From Eledone cirrhosa (lineage: Eukaryota), in assembly GCA_964016885.1 (NCBI GenBank), contig OZ024757.1:43090001-43154000 (forward strand): a stretch of DNA of 64,000 nt, written 5' to 3'. The stretch's first letter is position 1; the number at the start of each line of letters is the position of its first letter. Both the position numbers and the translations under genes were made by a program. This document shows, in pieces, positions 51,301 to 63,350 of this stretch. The notes under the pieces were generated by a model that saw only the letters and a program-made list of their open reading frames with translations, had not been told where the DNA came from and did no database searches.

Positions 51301-53956
51301 TTTGGCCCATGCGCACTACGGTCCGGCGGGCTTGGCGCATGCGCAGTATGGTCCGGCGACCTTGACGCATGCGCACTACGGTTCGGCGGCTCTGGCGCAT
51401 GCGCACTGCGGTCCGGCGGCCTTGGCGCATGCGCAGTACGGTCCGGCGGCCTTAGCGCATGCGCAGTTCGGTACTGGGACCTTGACGCATGCGCAGTACA
51501 GTCAGGCGGCCTTGGCGCATGCGCACTACGGTCCGGCGGCCTTGGCGCATGCGCAGTACGGTCCGGCGGCCTTAACGCATGCGCAGTTCGGTACTGCGAC
51601 CTTGACGCATGCGCAGTACAGTCAGGCGGCCTTGGCGCATGCGCATTACGATCCGGCGGCCTTAGCGCATGCGCAGTTAAGTACTGCGACCTTGACGCAT
51701 GCGCAGTACAGTCAGGTGGCCTTGGCGCATGCGCACTACGGGCCCGCGTCTTTGGCGCATGCGCACTACGGTCCGGCAGCCTTGGCGCATGCGCAGTATG
51801 GTCCGGCGGCCTTGGCGCATGCGCACTACGGTTCGGCGGCTCTGGCGCATGCGCACTACGGTCCGGCGGTCTTGGTGCATGCGCAGTACGGTACTGGGAC
51901 TTTGATGCATGCGCAGTACAGTCAGGCGGCCTTGGCGCATGCGCACTACGGTCCGGCGGCCTTGGCGCATGCGCAGTACGGTGCGCAAAGAACGATGGCC
52001 CTTAGTGCGCATGCGCCAAGGCCGCCGGAAAGTACTGCGCATGCGCTAAGGCCGCCGGACCTTACTGCGCATGCGCCAAGGCCACTGGACAGTACTGCGC
52101 ATGCGTCAAGGCCACCGGAACGTAGTGCGCATGCGCCAAGGTTGCCGTACCATTGTGCGCATGCGCAAAGACCGCTGGCCCTTAGTGCGCATGCGCCATG
52201 GCCGCCGGACCTTACTGCGCATGCGCTAAGGCCGCCGGGCCTTACTGCGCATGCGCCAAGGCCACTGGACTGTATTGTGCAGGCGCCAAGGCCAGCAGGA
52301 CGTAGTGCGCATGCGCCAAGGCCATCGGACCGTAGTGCGCATGCGCCAAGTCTGCCAGACCGTAGTGCGCATGCGCCAAAGCCACCGGACCGTACTGCGC
52401 ATGTGCCAAGGCCACCGGAACGTAGTGCGCATGCGGCAAGGTCGCCGGACCGTAGTGCGCATGCGCCAAGACCGCCGGACCGTGGTGCGCGTGCGCCAAG
52501 GCCGCCAGACCGTAGTGCGCATGCGCCAAGGTCGCCGGGCCGTACTGCGCATGCGCCAAGGCCGCCGGGCTGTAGTGCGCATGCCCCAATGCTGCTAGAC
52601 CGTAGTGCGCATGCACCAAAGCCGCCGGACCGTAGTGCGCATGCGCCAAGGCTGCCGGACCGTAGTGCGCATGCACCAAGGCCGCCGGACCGTTGTGCGC
52701 ATGCGCAAAGAACGATGGCCCTTAGTGCGCATGCGCCAAGGCCGCCGGAACGTACTGCGCATGCGCTAAGGCCGCCGGACCTTACTGCGCATGCGCCAAG
52801 GCCACTGGACAGTACTGCGCATGCGTCAAGGCCACCGGAACGTAGTGCGCATGCGCCAAGGCCGCCGTACCGTTGTGCGCATGCGCAAAGACCGCTGGCC
52901 CTTAGTGCGCATGCGCCAAGGCCACTGGACTGTAGTGCGCATGCCCCACGGCCACTGGACAGTACTGCGCATGCGTCAAGGCCACCGGAACGTAGTGCGC
53001 ATGCGCCAAGGCCGCCGTACCTTTGTGCGCATGCGCCAAGGCCGCTGGACCGTACTGCGCATGCGCCAAGGCCGCCGGAACGTAGTGCGCATGCGCCAAG
53101 ACCGCCGGACCGTGGTGCGCGTGCGCCAAGGCCGCCAGACCGTAGTGCGCATGCGCACAACGGTCCGGCGGCCTTGGCGCATGCACTCTACGGCCCGGCG
53201 GCCTTGGCGCCTGCACACTACGGCCCGGCGGCCTTGGCGCCTGCACACTACGGTCCGGCGGCTTTGGTGCATGCGCACTACGGTCTGGCAGCATTGGCGC
53301 ATGCGCACTACGGTCCGGCGGCGCGCACTACGTTCCGGTGGCCTTGGCGCATGCGCAGTACGCTCCAGTGGCCTTGGCGCATGCGCAGTAAGGTCCGGCG
53401 GCTTTGGCGCATGCGCACTATGGTCTGTCAGTGTTGGCGCATGCGCACTACGGTCCGGCGGCCTTCGCGCATGCGCACTACGTTCCGGCGGCCTTGGCGC
53501 ATGCGCACTACGTTCCGGTGGCCTTGGCGCATGCGCAGTACTGTCCAGTGGCCTTGGCGCATGCGCAGTAAGGTCCGGCGGCCTTAGCGCATGCGCAGTA
53601 CGTTCCGACGGCCTTGGCGCATGCGCACTAAGGGCCATCGTTCTTTGCGCATGCGCACAACGGTCCGGCGGCCTTGGTGCATGCGCACTACGGTCCGGCG
53701 GCCTTAGCGCATGCGCAGTTCGGTACTGCGACCTTGACGCATGCGCAGTACAGTCAGGTGGCCTTGGCGCATGCGCACAACGGTCCGGCGCCCTTGGCGC
53801 ATGCGCAGTATGGTCCGACGGCCTTGGCGCATGTGCACTATGTATCGGCGGCCTTGGCGCATGCGCACTACGGTTAGGCGGCTTTGGCGCATGCGCACTA
53901 CGATCAGGCCGTCTCGGCGCGTGCGCAGTACGGTCTGGCGGTCTTGGCGCATGGGC

Positions 53957-54224
53957 ACGTCATCAAAAAGGACTAACATGGCCGAAATGTCATCATGTAT
54001 GTCTGAAATTACAACAAAATGGCTAAGACGGCATAATAAATGCCTAAAGTGACAATAAAATGCTAAAACCGTATCATAATTGACTAGAATGACTCTAACA
54101 CGACTGAAACGTCTAAAATGACTATAAATGGCTCTAAAATGGTTAAACTGCATCATAAATTTCTAAAATAACTCAAAATGGCTAAATATGGCAACATAAA
54201 GGCTTAAAATGGCTAAAAAGTCAT
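53957..54224 (+). repeat. AT-rich spacer, full-length (268 bp)
   Basis: Shares the aaatttct variant with the 17943 and 25045 copies. Confidence 0.95.
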
Positions 54225-55759
54225 CCGGACCGTACTGCACATGCGACAAGGACTTCGGACCGTCGTGCGCATGCGCCAAGGCCTCCGAACCGTAGTGCGC
54301 ATGCGCCAACGCCGCCGGACCGTAGTGCGCATGCGCCAAGGCCGCCGGACCGTAGTGCGCATGCGCGAAGGCCGCCAGACCGTAGTGCACATGCGCCAAG
54401 GCCGCCGGGCCGTACTGCGCATGCGCCAAGGCCGCCGGACCGTAGTGCGCATGCGCCAATGCTGCCAGACCGTAGTGCGCATGCACCAAAGCTGCCGGAC
54501 CGTAGTGCGCATGCGCCAAGGCCGCCGGACCGTTGTGCGCATGCGCCAAGGCCACTGGACCGTAGTGCGCACGCGCCAATGCCATCGGACCGTAGTGCGC
54601 ATGCGCCAAGTCTGCCAGACCGTAGTACGAATGCGCTAAAGCCACCGGACCGTACTGCGCATGTGCCAAGGCCACCGGAACGTAGTGCGCATGCGGCAAG
54701 GTCGCCGGACCGTAGTGCGCATGCGCCAAGACCGCCGGAGCGTAGTGTGCATGCGCCAATGCTGCCAGACCGTAGTGCGCATGCGCCAAGGCTGCCAGAC
54801 CGTAGTGCGCATGCGCCAAAGCCGCCGGACCGTACTGCACATGTGCCAAGGCCACCGGAACGTAGTGCGCATGCGGGAAGGTCGCCGGACCGTAGTGCGC
54901 ATGCGCCAAGGCCGCCGAACCGCATGCGCACAAAGGTCCGGCAGCCTTGGCGCATGCGCAGTACGGTTCGGCGGCCTTGGCGCATGCGCACTACGGTCTG
55001 GCGGCCTTGGCACATGCGCACTACGGTCCGACGGCCTTGGGGCATGTGCAGTAAGATCCGGCGGTCTTGGAGCATGCGCACTACGGTCTGGCGGCCTTGG
55101 CACATGCGCACTACTGTCCGACGGCCTTGGGGCATGCGCAGTACGATCCGGCGGTCTTGGATCATGCGCAGTACCGTCCCGTGGCCTTGGCGCATGCGCA
55201 CTACGGTCCAGCTGCTTTGGCGCATGCGCAGTACGGTTCGGCGGCCTTAGCGCATGCGCACTACGGTCCGGAGGGCTTGGCGCATGCGCAGTATGGTCCG
55301 GCGACCTTGACGCAGGCGCACTACGGTTCGGCGGCTCTGGCGCATGCGCACTGCGGTCCGGCGGCCTTGGCGCATGCGCAGTACGGTCCGGCGGCCTTAG
55401 CGCATGCGCAGTCCGGTACTGGGACCTTGACGCATGCGCAGTACAGTCAGTCGGTCTTGGCGCATGCGCACTACGGTCCGGCGGCCTTGGCGCATGCGCA
55501 GTACGGTTCGGCGGCTTTGGCGCATGCGCACTACGGTCCGGCGGCCTTGGCACATGCGCAGTACGGTCCGGCGGCCTTAACGCATGCGTAGTTCGGTACT
55601 GCGACCTTGACGCATGCGCAGTACAGTCAGGCGGCCTTGGCGCATGCGCAGTACGGTCCGGCGGCCTTAGCGCATGCGCAGTTCGGTACTGCGACCTTGA
55701 CGCATGCGCAGTACAGTAAGGTGGCCTTGGCGCATGCGCAGTACGGTCCGGCGGCCTTG

Positions 55760-55815
55760 AAAATGGTTAAACTGCATCATAAATTACTAAAATAACTCAA
55801 AATGGCTAAATATGG
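55760..55815 (+). repeat. AT-rich spacer, short (56 bp)
   Basis: ggccttg|aaaatggtt...tatgg|actgtac. Confidence 0.95.
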
Positions 55816-57822
55816 ACTGTACTGCGCATGCGCCAAGTCCACCAGGACGTAGTGCGCATGCGCCAAGGCCATCGGACCGTAGTGCGCATGCGCCAAGTCT
55901 GCCAGACCGTAGTGCGCATGCGCCAAAGCCACCGAACCGTACTGCGCATGTGCCAAGGCCACCGGAACGTAGTGCGCATGCGGCAAGGTCGCCGGACCGT
56001 AGTGCGCATGCGCCAAGACCGCCGGACCGTAGTGCGCGTGCGCCAAGGCCGCCAGACCGTAGTGCGCATGCGCCAAGGTCGCCGGGCCGTACTGCGCATG
56101 CGCCAAGGCCGCCGGGCTGTAGTGCGCATGCCCCAATGCTGCTAGACCGTAGTGCGCATGCACCAAAGCCACCGGACCGTAGTGCGCATGCGCCAAGGCT
56201 GCCGGACCGTACTGCGCATGCGCCAAGGCCGCCGGACCGTAGTGCGCATGCGCCAAGGCCGCCTGACTGTACTGCGCATGCATCAAAGTCCCAGTACCGT
56301 ACTGCACATGCACCAAGACCGCCGGACCGTAGTGCGCATGCGCCAGAGCCGCCGAACCGTAGTGCGCATGCGCCAAGGCCGCCGGACCATACTGCGCATG
56401 CGCCAAGGCCGCCGGGCCGTAGTGCGCATGCGCCAAAGACGCGGGCCCGTAGTGCGCATGCGCCAAGGCCACCTGACTGTACTGCGCATGCGTCAAGGTC
56501 GCAGTACTGAACTGCGCATGCGCTAAGGCCGCCGGACCGTAATGTGCATGCGCCAAGGCCGCCTGACTGTACTGCGCATGCGTCAAGGTCGCAGTACCGA
56601 ACTGCGCATGCGTTAAGGCCGGCGGCCTTGGCGCATGCGCACTACGTTCCGGTGGCCTTGACGCATGCGCAGTACTGTCCAGTGGCCTTGGCGCATGCGC
56701 AGTAAGGTCCGGCGGCCTTAGCGCATGCGCAGTACGTTGCGGCGGCCTTGGCGCATGCGCACTAAGGGCCATCGTTCTTTGCGCATGCGCACAACGGTCC
56801 GGCGGCCTTGGTGCATGCGCACTACGGTCCGGCAGCCTTGGCGCATGCGCACTACGGTCCGGCGGCTTTGGTGCATGCGCACTACGGTCTAGCAGCATTG
56901 GGGCATGCGCACTACAGCCCGGCGGCCTTGGCGCATGCGCAGTACGGCCCGGCGACCTTGGCGCATGCGCACTACGGTCTGGCGGCCTTGGCGCACGCGC
57001 ACTACGGTCCGGCGGTCTTGGCGCATGCGCACTACGGTCCGGCGACCTTGTCGCATGCGCACTACGTCCTGGTGGCCTTGGCGCATGCGCAGTACAGTCC
57101 AGTGGCCTTGGCGCCTGCGCAGTAAGATCCGGCGGCCATGGCGCATGCGCACTAAGGGCCAGCGGTCTTTGCGCATGCGCAAAATGGTCCGGCGGCCTTG
57201 CCGCATGCACACTACGGCCCGGCGGCCTTGGCGCCTGCGCACTACGGTCCGGCGGCTTTGGTGCATGCGCACTACGGTCTGGCAGCATTGGCGCATGCGC
57301 ACTACGGTCCGGCGGTCTTGGCGCATGCGCACTACGGTCCGGCGACCTTGCCGCATGCGCACTACATTCCGGTGGCCTTGGCACATGCGCAGTACGGTCC
57401 GGTGGCTTTAGCGCATGCGCACTACGGTCTGGCAGACTTGGCGCATGCGCACTACGGTCTGATGGCCTTGGCGCGTGCGCACTACGGTCCGATGGCCTTG
57501 GCGCGTGCGCACTACGGTCCAGTGGCCTTGGCGCATGCGCACAACGGTCCGGTGGCCTTGGCGCATGCGCACTACGGTCCGGCAGCTTTGGTGCATGCGC
57601 ACTACGGTCTGGCAACATTGGCGCATGCGCACTACGGTCCGGCGGCCTTGGCGCATGCGCAGTACGGCCCGGCGGCCTTGGCGCATGCGCACTACGGTCT
57701 GGCGGCCTTGGCGCATGCGCACTACGTTCCGGCGGCGTTGGCGCATGCGCACTACGGTTCGGAGGCCTTGGCGCATGCGCACTACGGTCCGACGTCCTTG
57801 ACGCATGTGCAGTACGGTCCGG

Positions 57823-58090
57823 ATGAATTTTTAGCCATTTTAAGCCTTTATGTTGCCATATTTAGCCATTTTGAGTTATTTTAGTAATTTATGATGCAGT
57901 TTAACCATTTTAGAGCCATTTATAGTCATTTTAGACGTTTCAGTCGTGTTAGAGTCATTCTAGTCAATTATGATACGGTTTTAGCATTTTATTGTCACTT
58001 TAGTCATTTATTATGCCGTCTTAGTCATTTTGTTGTAATTTCAGACATACATGATGACATTTCGGCCATGTTAGTCCTTTTTGATGAAGT
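57823..58090 (-). repeat. AT-rich spacer, full-length (268 bp), reverse
   Basis: atgaatttttagcc...ttgatgaagt. Confidence 0.95.
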
Positions 58091-58619
58091 GCCCATGCGC
58101 CAAGACCGCCAGACCGTACTGCGCATGCGCCAAGGGCGCCGGACCGTAGTGCGCATGCGCCAAGGCCGCCTGACTGTACTGCGCATGCGTCAAGGTCGCA
58201 GTACCGAACTGCGCATGCGCTAAGGCCGCCGAACCGCACTGCGCATGCGCCAAGGCCACCTGACTGTACTGCGTATGCGTCAAGGTCGCAGTACCGAACT
58301 GCGCATGCGCTAAGGCCGCCGGACCGTACTGCGCATGCGCCAAGGCCGCCGGACCGTAGTGCGCATGCGCCAAGGCCGCCTGACTGTACTGCGCATGCAT
58401 CAAGGTCCCAGTACCGTACTGCGCATGCACCAAGGCCACCAGGACGTAGTGCGCATGCGCCAAGGCCATCGGACCGTAGTGCGCATGCGCCAAGTCTGCC
58501 AGACCGTAGTGCGCATGCGCCAAAGCCACCGGACCGTACTGCGCATGTGCCAAGGCCACCGGAACGCAGTGCGCATGCGGCAAGGTCGCTGGACCGTAGT
58601 GCGCATGCGCCAAGACCGA

Positions 58620-61460
58620 CGGTCCGGTGGCTTTGGCGCATGCGCACTACGGTCCGGCGTCCTTGGCGCATGTGCAGTACGGTCCGGTGACCTTGGCGCA
58701 TGCGCACTACGGTCCAGCTGCTTTGGCGCATGCGCAGTACGGTTCAGCGGCCTTAGCGCATGCGCACTACGGTCCGGCGGGCTTGGCGCATGTGCAGTAT
58801 GGTCCGGCGACCTTGACGCATGCGCACTACGGTTCGGCGGCTCTGGCGCATGCGCACTGCGGTCCGGCGGCCCTGGCGCATGCGCACTACGTTCCGGTGG
58901 CCTTGGCGCATGCGCAGTACGCTCCAGTGGCCTTGGCGCATGCGCAGTAAGGTCCGGCGGCTTTGGCGCATGCGCACTATGGTCTGTCAGTCTTGGCGCA
59001 TGCGCACTACGGTCCGGCTGCCTTCGTGGATGCGCACTACGTTCCGGCGGTCTTGCCGCATGCGCATTACGGTCCGGTGGCTTTGGCGCATGCGCACTAC
59101 GGTCTGGCAGACTTGGCGCATGCGCACTACGGTCCGATGGCCTTGGCGCATGCGCACTACGGTCTGGCAGCATTGGCGCATGCGCACTACGGTCCGGCGG
59201 TCTTGGCGCATGCGCACTACGGTCCGGCGACCTTGCCGCATGCGCACTACGTTCCGGTGGCCTTGGCACATGCGCAGTACGGTCCGGTGGCTTTAGCGCA
59301 TGCGCACTACGGTCTGGCAGACTTGGCGCATGCGCACTACGGTCCGATGGCCTTGGCGCGTGCGCACTACGGTCCAGTGGCCTTGGCGCATGCGCACAAC
59401 GGTCCGGCGGCCTTGGCGCATGCGCACTACGGTCCGGCAGCTTTGGTGCATGCGCACTACGGTCTGGCAGCATTGGCGCATGCGCACTACGGTCCGGCGG
59501 CCTTGGCGCATGCGCAGTAAGGTCCGGCGGCCATGGCGCATGCGCACTAAGGGCCAGCGGTCTTTGCGCATGCGCACAATGGTACGGCGGCCTTGGCGCA
59601 TGCGCACTACGTTCCGGTGGCCTTGACGCATGCGCAGTACTGTCCAGTGGCCTTGGCGCATGCGCAGTAAGGTCCGGCGGCCTTAGCGCATGCGCAGTAC
59701 GTTCCGGCGGCCTTGGCGCATGCGCACTAAGGGCCATCGTTCTTTGCGCATGCGCACAACGGTCCGGCGGCCTTGGTGCATGCGCACTACGGTCCGGCGG
59801 CCTTGGCGCATGCGCACTACGGTCCGGCGGCTTTGGTGCATGCGCACTACGGTCTAGCAGCATTGGAGCATGCGCACTACAGCCCGGCGGCCTTGGCGCA
59901 TGCGCAGTACGGCCCGGCGACCTTGGCGCATGCGCACTACGGTCTGGCGGCCTTGGCGCACGCGCACTACGGTCCGGCGGTCTTGGCGCATGCGCACTAC
60001 GGTCCGGCGACCTTGCCGCATGCGCACTACGTTCCGGTGGCCTTGGCACATGCGCAGTACGGTCCGGTGGCTTTGGCGCATGCGCACTACGGTCTGGCAG
60101 ACTTGGCGCATGCACACTACGGTCCGATGGCCTTGGCGCATGCGCACTACGTCCTGGTGGCCTTGGCGCATGCGCAGTACAGTCCAGTGGCCTTGGTGCA
60201 TGCGCAGTGAGGTCCGGCGGCCTTAGCGCATGCGCAGTAAGGTCCGGCGGCCATGGCGCATGCGCACTAAGGGTCAGCGGTCTTTGCGCATGCGCACAAC
60301 GGTCCGGCGGCCTTGGCGCATGTACACTACGGCCCGGCGGCCTTGGCGCCTGCGCACTACGGTCCGGCGGCTTTGGTGCATGCGCACTACGGTGTGGCAG
60401 CATTGGCGCATGCGCACTACGGTCTGGCAGACTTGGCGCATGCGCACTACGGTCCGATGGCCTTGGCGCGTGCGCACTACGTTCTGGTGGCCTTGGCGCA
60501 TGCACAGTACGGTCCAGTGGCCTTGGCGCATGCGCACAACGGTCCGGCGGCCTTGGCGCATGCGCACTACGGTCCGTCAGCTTTGGTGCATGCGCACTAC
60601 GGTCTGGCAGCATTGGCGCATGCGCACTACGGTCCGGCGGCCTTGGCGCATGCGCAGTACGGCCCGGTGGCCTTGGCGCATGCTCACTACGGTCTGGCGG
60701 CCTTGGCGCATGCGCACTACGGTCCGGCGGCCTTGGCGCATGCGCACTACGGTCCGGCGGCGTTGGCGCATGCGCACTACGGTTCGGAGGCCTTGGCGCA
60801 TGCGCACTACGGTCCGACGTTCTTGACGCATGTGCAGTACGGTCCGGATGACTTTTTAGCCATTTTAAGCCTTTGTGTTGCCATATTTAGCCATTTTGAG
60901 TTATTTTAGTAATTTATGATGCAGTTTAACCATTTTAGAGCCATTTATAGTCATTTTAGACGTTTCAGTCGTGTTAGAGTCATTCTAGTCAATTATGATA
61001 CGGTTTTAGCATTTTATTGTCACTTTAGTCATTTATTATGCCGTCTTAGCCACTTTGTTGTAATTTCAGACATACATGATGACATTTCGGCCATGTTAGT
61101 CCTTTTTGATGACGTGCCCATGCGCCAAGACCGCCAGACCGTACTGCGCACGCGTCGATACGGCCTGATCGTAGTGCGCATGCGCCAAAGCCGCCTAACC
61201 GTAGTGCGCATGCGCCAAGGCCGCCGATACATAGTGCACATGCGCCAAGGCCGTCGGACCATACTGCGCATGCGCCAAGGGCGCCGGACAGTTGTGCGCA
61301 TGCACCAAGGCCGCCTGACTTACTGCGCATGCGTCAAGGTCGCAGTACCGAACTGCGCATGCGCTAAGGCCTCCGGACCGTACTGCGCATGCGCCAAGGC
61401 CACCTGACTGTACAGCGCATGCGTCAAGGTCGCAGTACCGAACTGCGTATGCGCTAAGGC
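58620..61460 (-). repeat. Inverted copy of ~5410-8170
   Basis: Mirror ORFs 5469..5960(-)/60916..61407(+) and 5967..6563(-)/60313..60909(+) have sum 66876; private variants shared (cagtaagtca deletion, ccgtatcgacg). Confidence 0.87.
60848..61115 (-). repeat. AT-rich spacer, full-length (268 bp), reverse
   Basis: Reverse complement of 5761-6028, including its private variants (aaagtggct, caacacaaagg). Confidence 0.95.
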
Positions 61461-63082
61461 CGCCGGACCGTACTGCGCATGCGCCAAGGCCGCCGGACCG
61501 TAGTGCGCATGCGCCAAGGCCGCCTGACTGTACTGCGCATGCATCAAAGTCCCAGTACCGTACTGCACATGCACCAAGACCGCCGGACCGTAGTGCGCAT
61601 GCGCCAGAGCCGCCGAACCGTAGTGCGCATGCGCCAAGGCCGCCGGACCATACTGCGCATGCGCCAAGGCCGCCGGGCCGTAGTGCGCATGCGCCAAAGA
61701 CGCGGGCCCGTAGTGCGCATGCGCCAAGGCCACCTGACTGTACTGCGCATGCGTCAAGGTCGCAGTACTGAACTGCGCATGCGCTAAGGCCGCCGGACCG
61801 TAATGTGCATGCGCCAAGGCCGCCTGACTGTACTGCGCATGCGTCAAGGTCGCAGTACCGAACTGCGCATGCGTTAAGGCCGGCGGCCTTGGCGCATGCG
61901 CACTACGTTCCGGTGGCCTTGACGCATGCGCAGTACTGTCCAGTGGCCTTGGCGCATGCGCAGTAAGGTCCGGCGGCCTTAGCGCATGCGCAGTACGTTC
62001 CGGCGGCCTTGGCGCATGCGCACTAAGGGCCATCGTTCTTTGCGCATGCGCACAACGGTCCGGCGGCCTTGGTGCATGCGCACTACGGTCCGGCAGCCTT
62101 GGCGCATGCGCACTACGGTCCGGCGGCTTTCGTGCATGCGCACTACGGTCTAGCAGCATTGGGGCATGCGCACTACAGCCCGGCGGCCTTGGCGCATGCG
62201 CAGTACGGCCCGGCGACCTTGGCGCATGCGCACTACGGTCTGGCGGCCTTGGCGCACGCGCACTACGGTCCGGCGGTCTTGGCGCATGCGCACTACGGTC
62301 CGGCGACCTTGTCGCATGCGCACTACGTCCTGGTGGCCTTGGCGCATGCGCAGTACAGTCCAGTGGCCTTGGCGCCTGCGCAGTAAGATTCGGCGGCCAT
62401 GGCGCATGCGCACTAAGGGCCAGCGGTCTTTGCGCATGCGCAAAATGGTCCGGCGGCCTTGCCGCATGCACACTACGGCCCGGCGGCCTTGGCGCCTGCG
62501 CACTACGGTCCGGCGGCTTTGGTTCATGCGCACTACGGTCTGGCAGCATTGGCGCATGCGCACTACGGTCCGGCGGTCTTGGCGCATGCGCACTACGGTC
62601 CGGCGACCTTGCCGCATGCGCACTACATTCCGGTGGCCTTGGCACATGCGCAGTACGGTCCGGTGGCTTTAGCGCATGCGCACTACGGTCTGGCAGACTT
62701 GGCGCATGCGCACTACGGTCTGATGGCCTTGGCGCGTGCGCACTACGGTCCGATGGCCTTGGCGCGTGCGCACTACGGTCCAGTGGCCTTGGCGCATGCG
62801 CACAACGGTCCGGTGGCCTTGGCGCATGCGCACTACGGTCCGGCAGCTTTGGTGCATGCGCACTACGGTCTGGCAACATTGGCGCATGCGCACTACGGTC
62901 CGCGGCCTTGGCGCATGCGCAGTACGGCCCGGCGGCCTTGGCGCATGCGCACTACGGTCTGGCGGCCTTGGCGCATGCGCACTACGTTCCGGCGGCGTTG
63001 GCGCATGCGCACTACGGTTCGGAGGCCTTGGCGCATGCGCACTACGGTCCGACGTCCTTGACGCATGTGCAGTACGGTCCGG

Positions 63083-63350
63083 ATGAATTTTTAGCCATTT
63101 TAAGCCTTTATGTTGCCATATTTAGCCATTTTGAGTTATTTTAGTAATTTATGATGCAGTTTAACCATTTTAGAGCCATTTATAGTCATTTTAGACGTTT
63201 CAGTCGTGTTAGAGTCATTCTAGTCAATTATGATACGGTTTTAGCATTTTATTGTCACTTTAGTCATTTATTATGCCGTCTTAGCCATTTTGTTGTAATT
63301 TCAGACATACATGATGACATTTCGGCCATGTTAGTCCTTTTTGATGAAGT
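63083..63350 (-). repeat. AT-rich spacer, full-length (268 bp), reverse
   Basis: Copy of 57823-58090 at offset 5260. Confidence 0.95.

Noticed and set aside
50342-53587. Very long ORFs (up to 1081 aa), including His/Ala-rich AHAHYGPAAL repeats resembling cuticular or histidine-rich proteins
   Set aside because: The 30-bp consensus is stop-free in 5 of 6 frames, so overlapping ORFs appear on both strands everywhere. They change peptide type at inversion junctions, substitutions show no codon-position bias by eye, and there is no unique domain or signal peptide.
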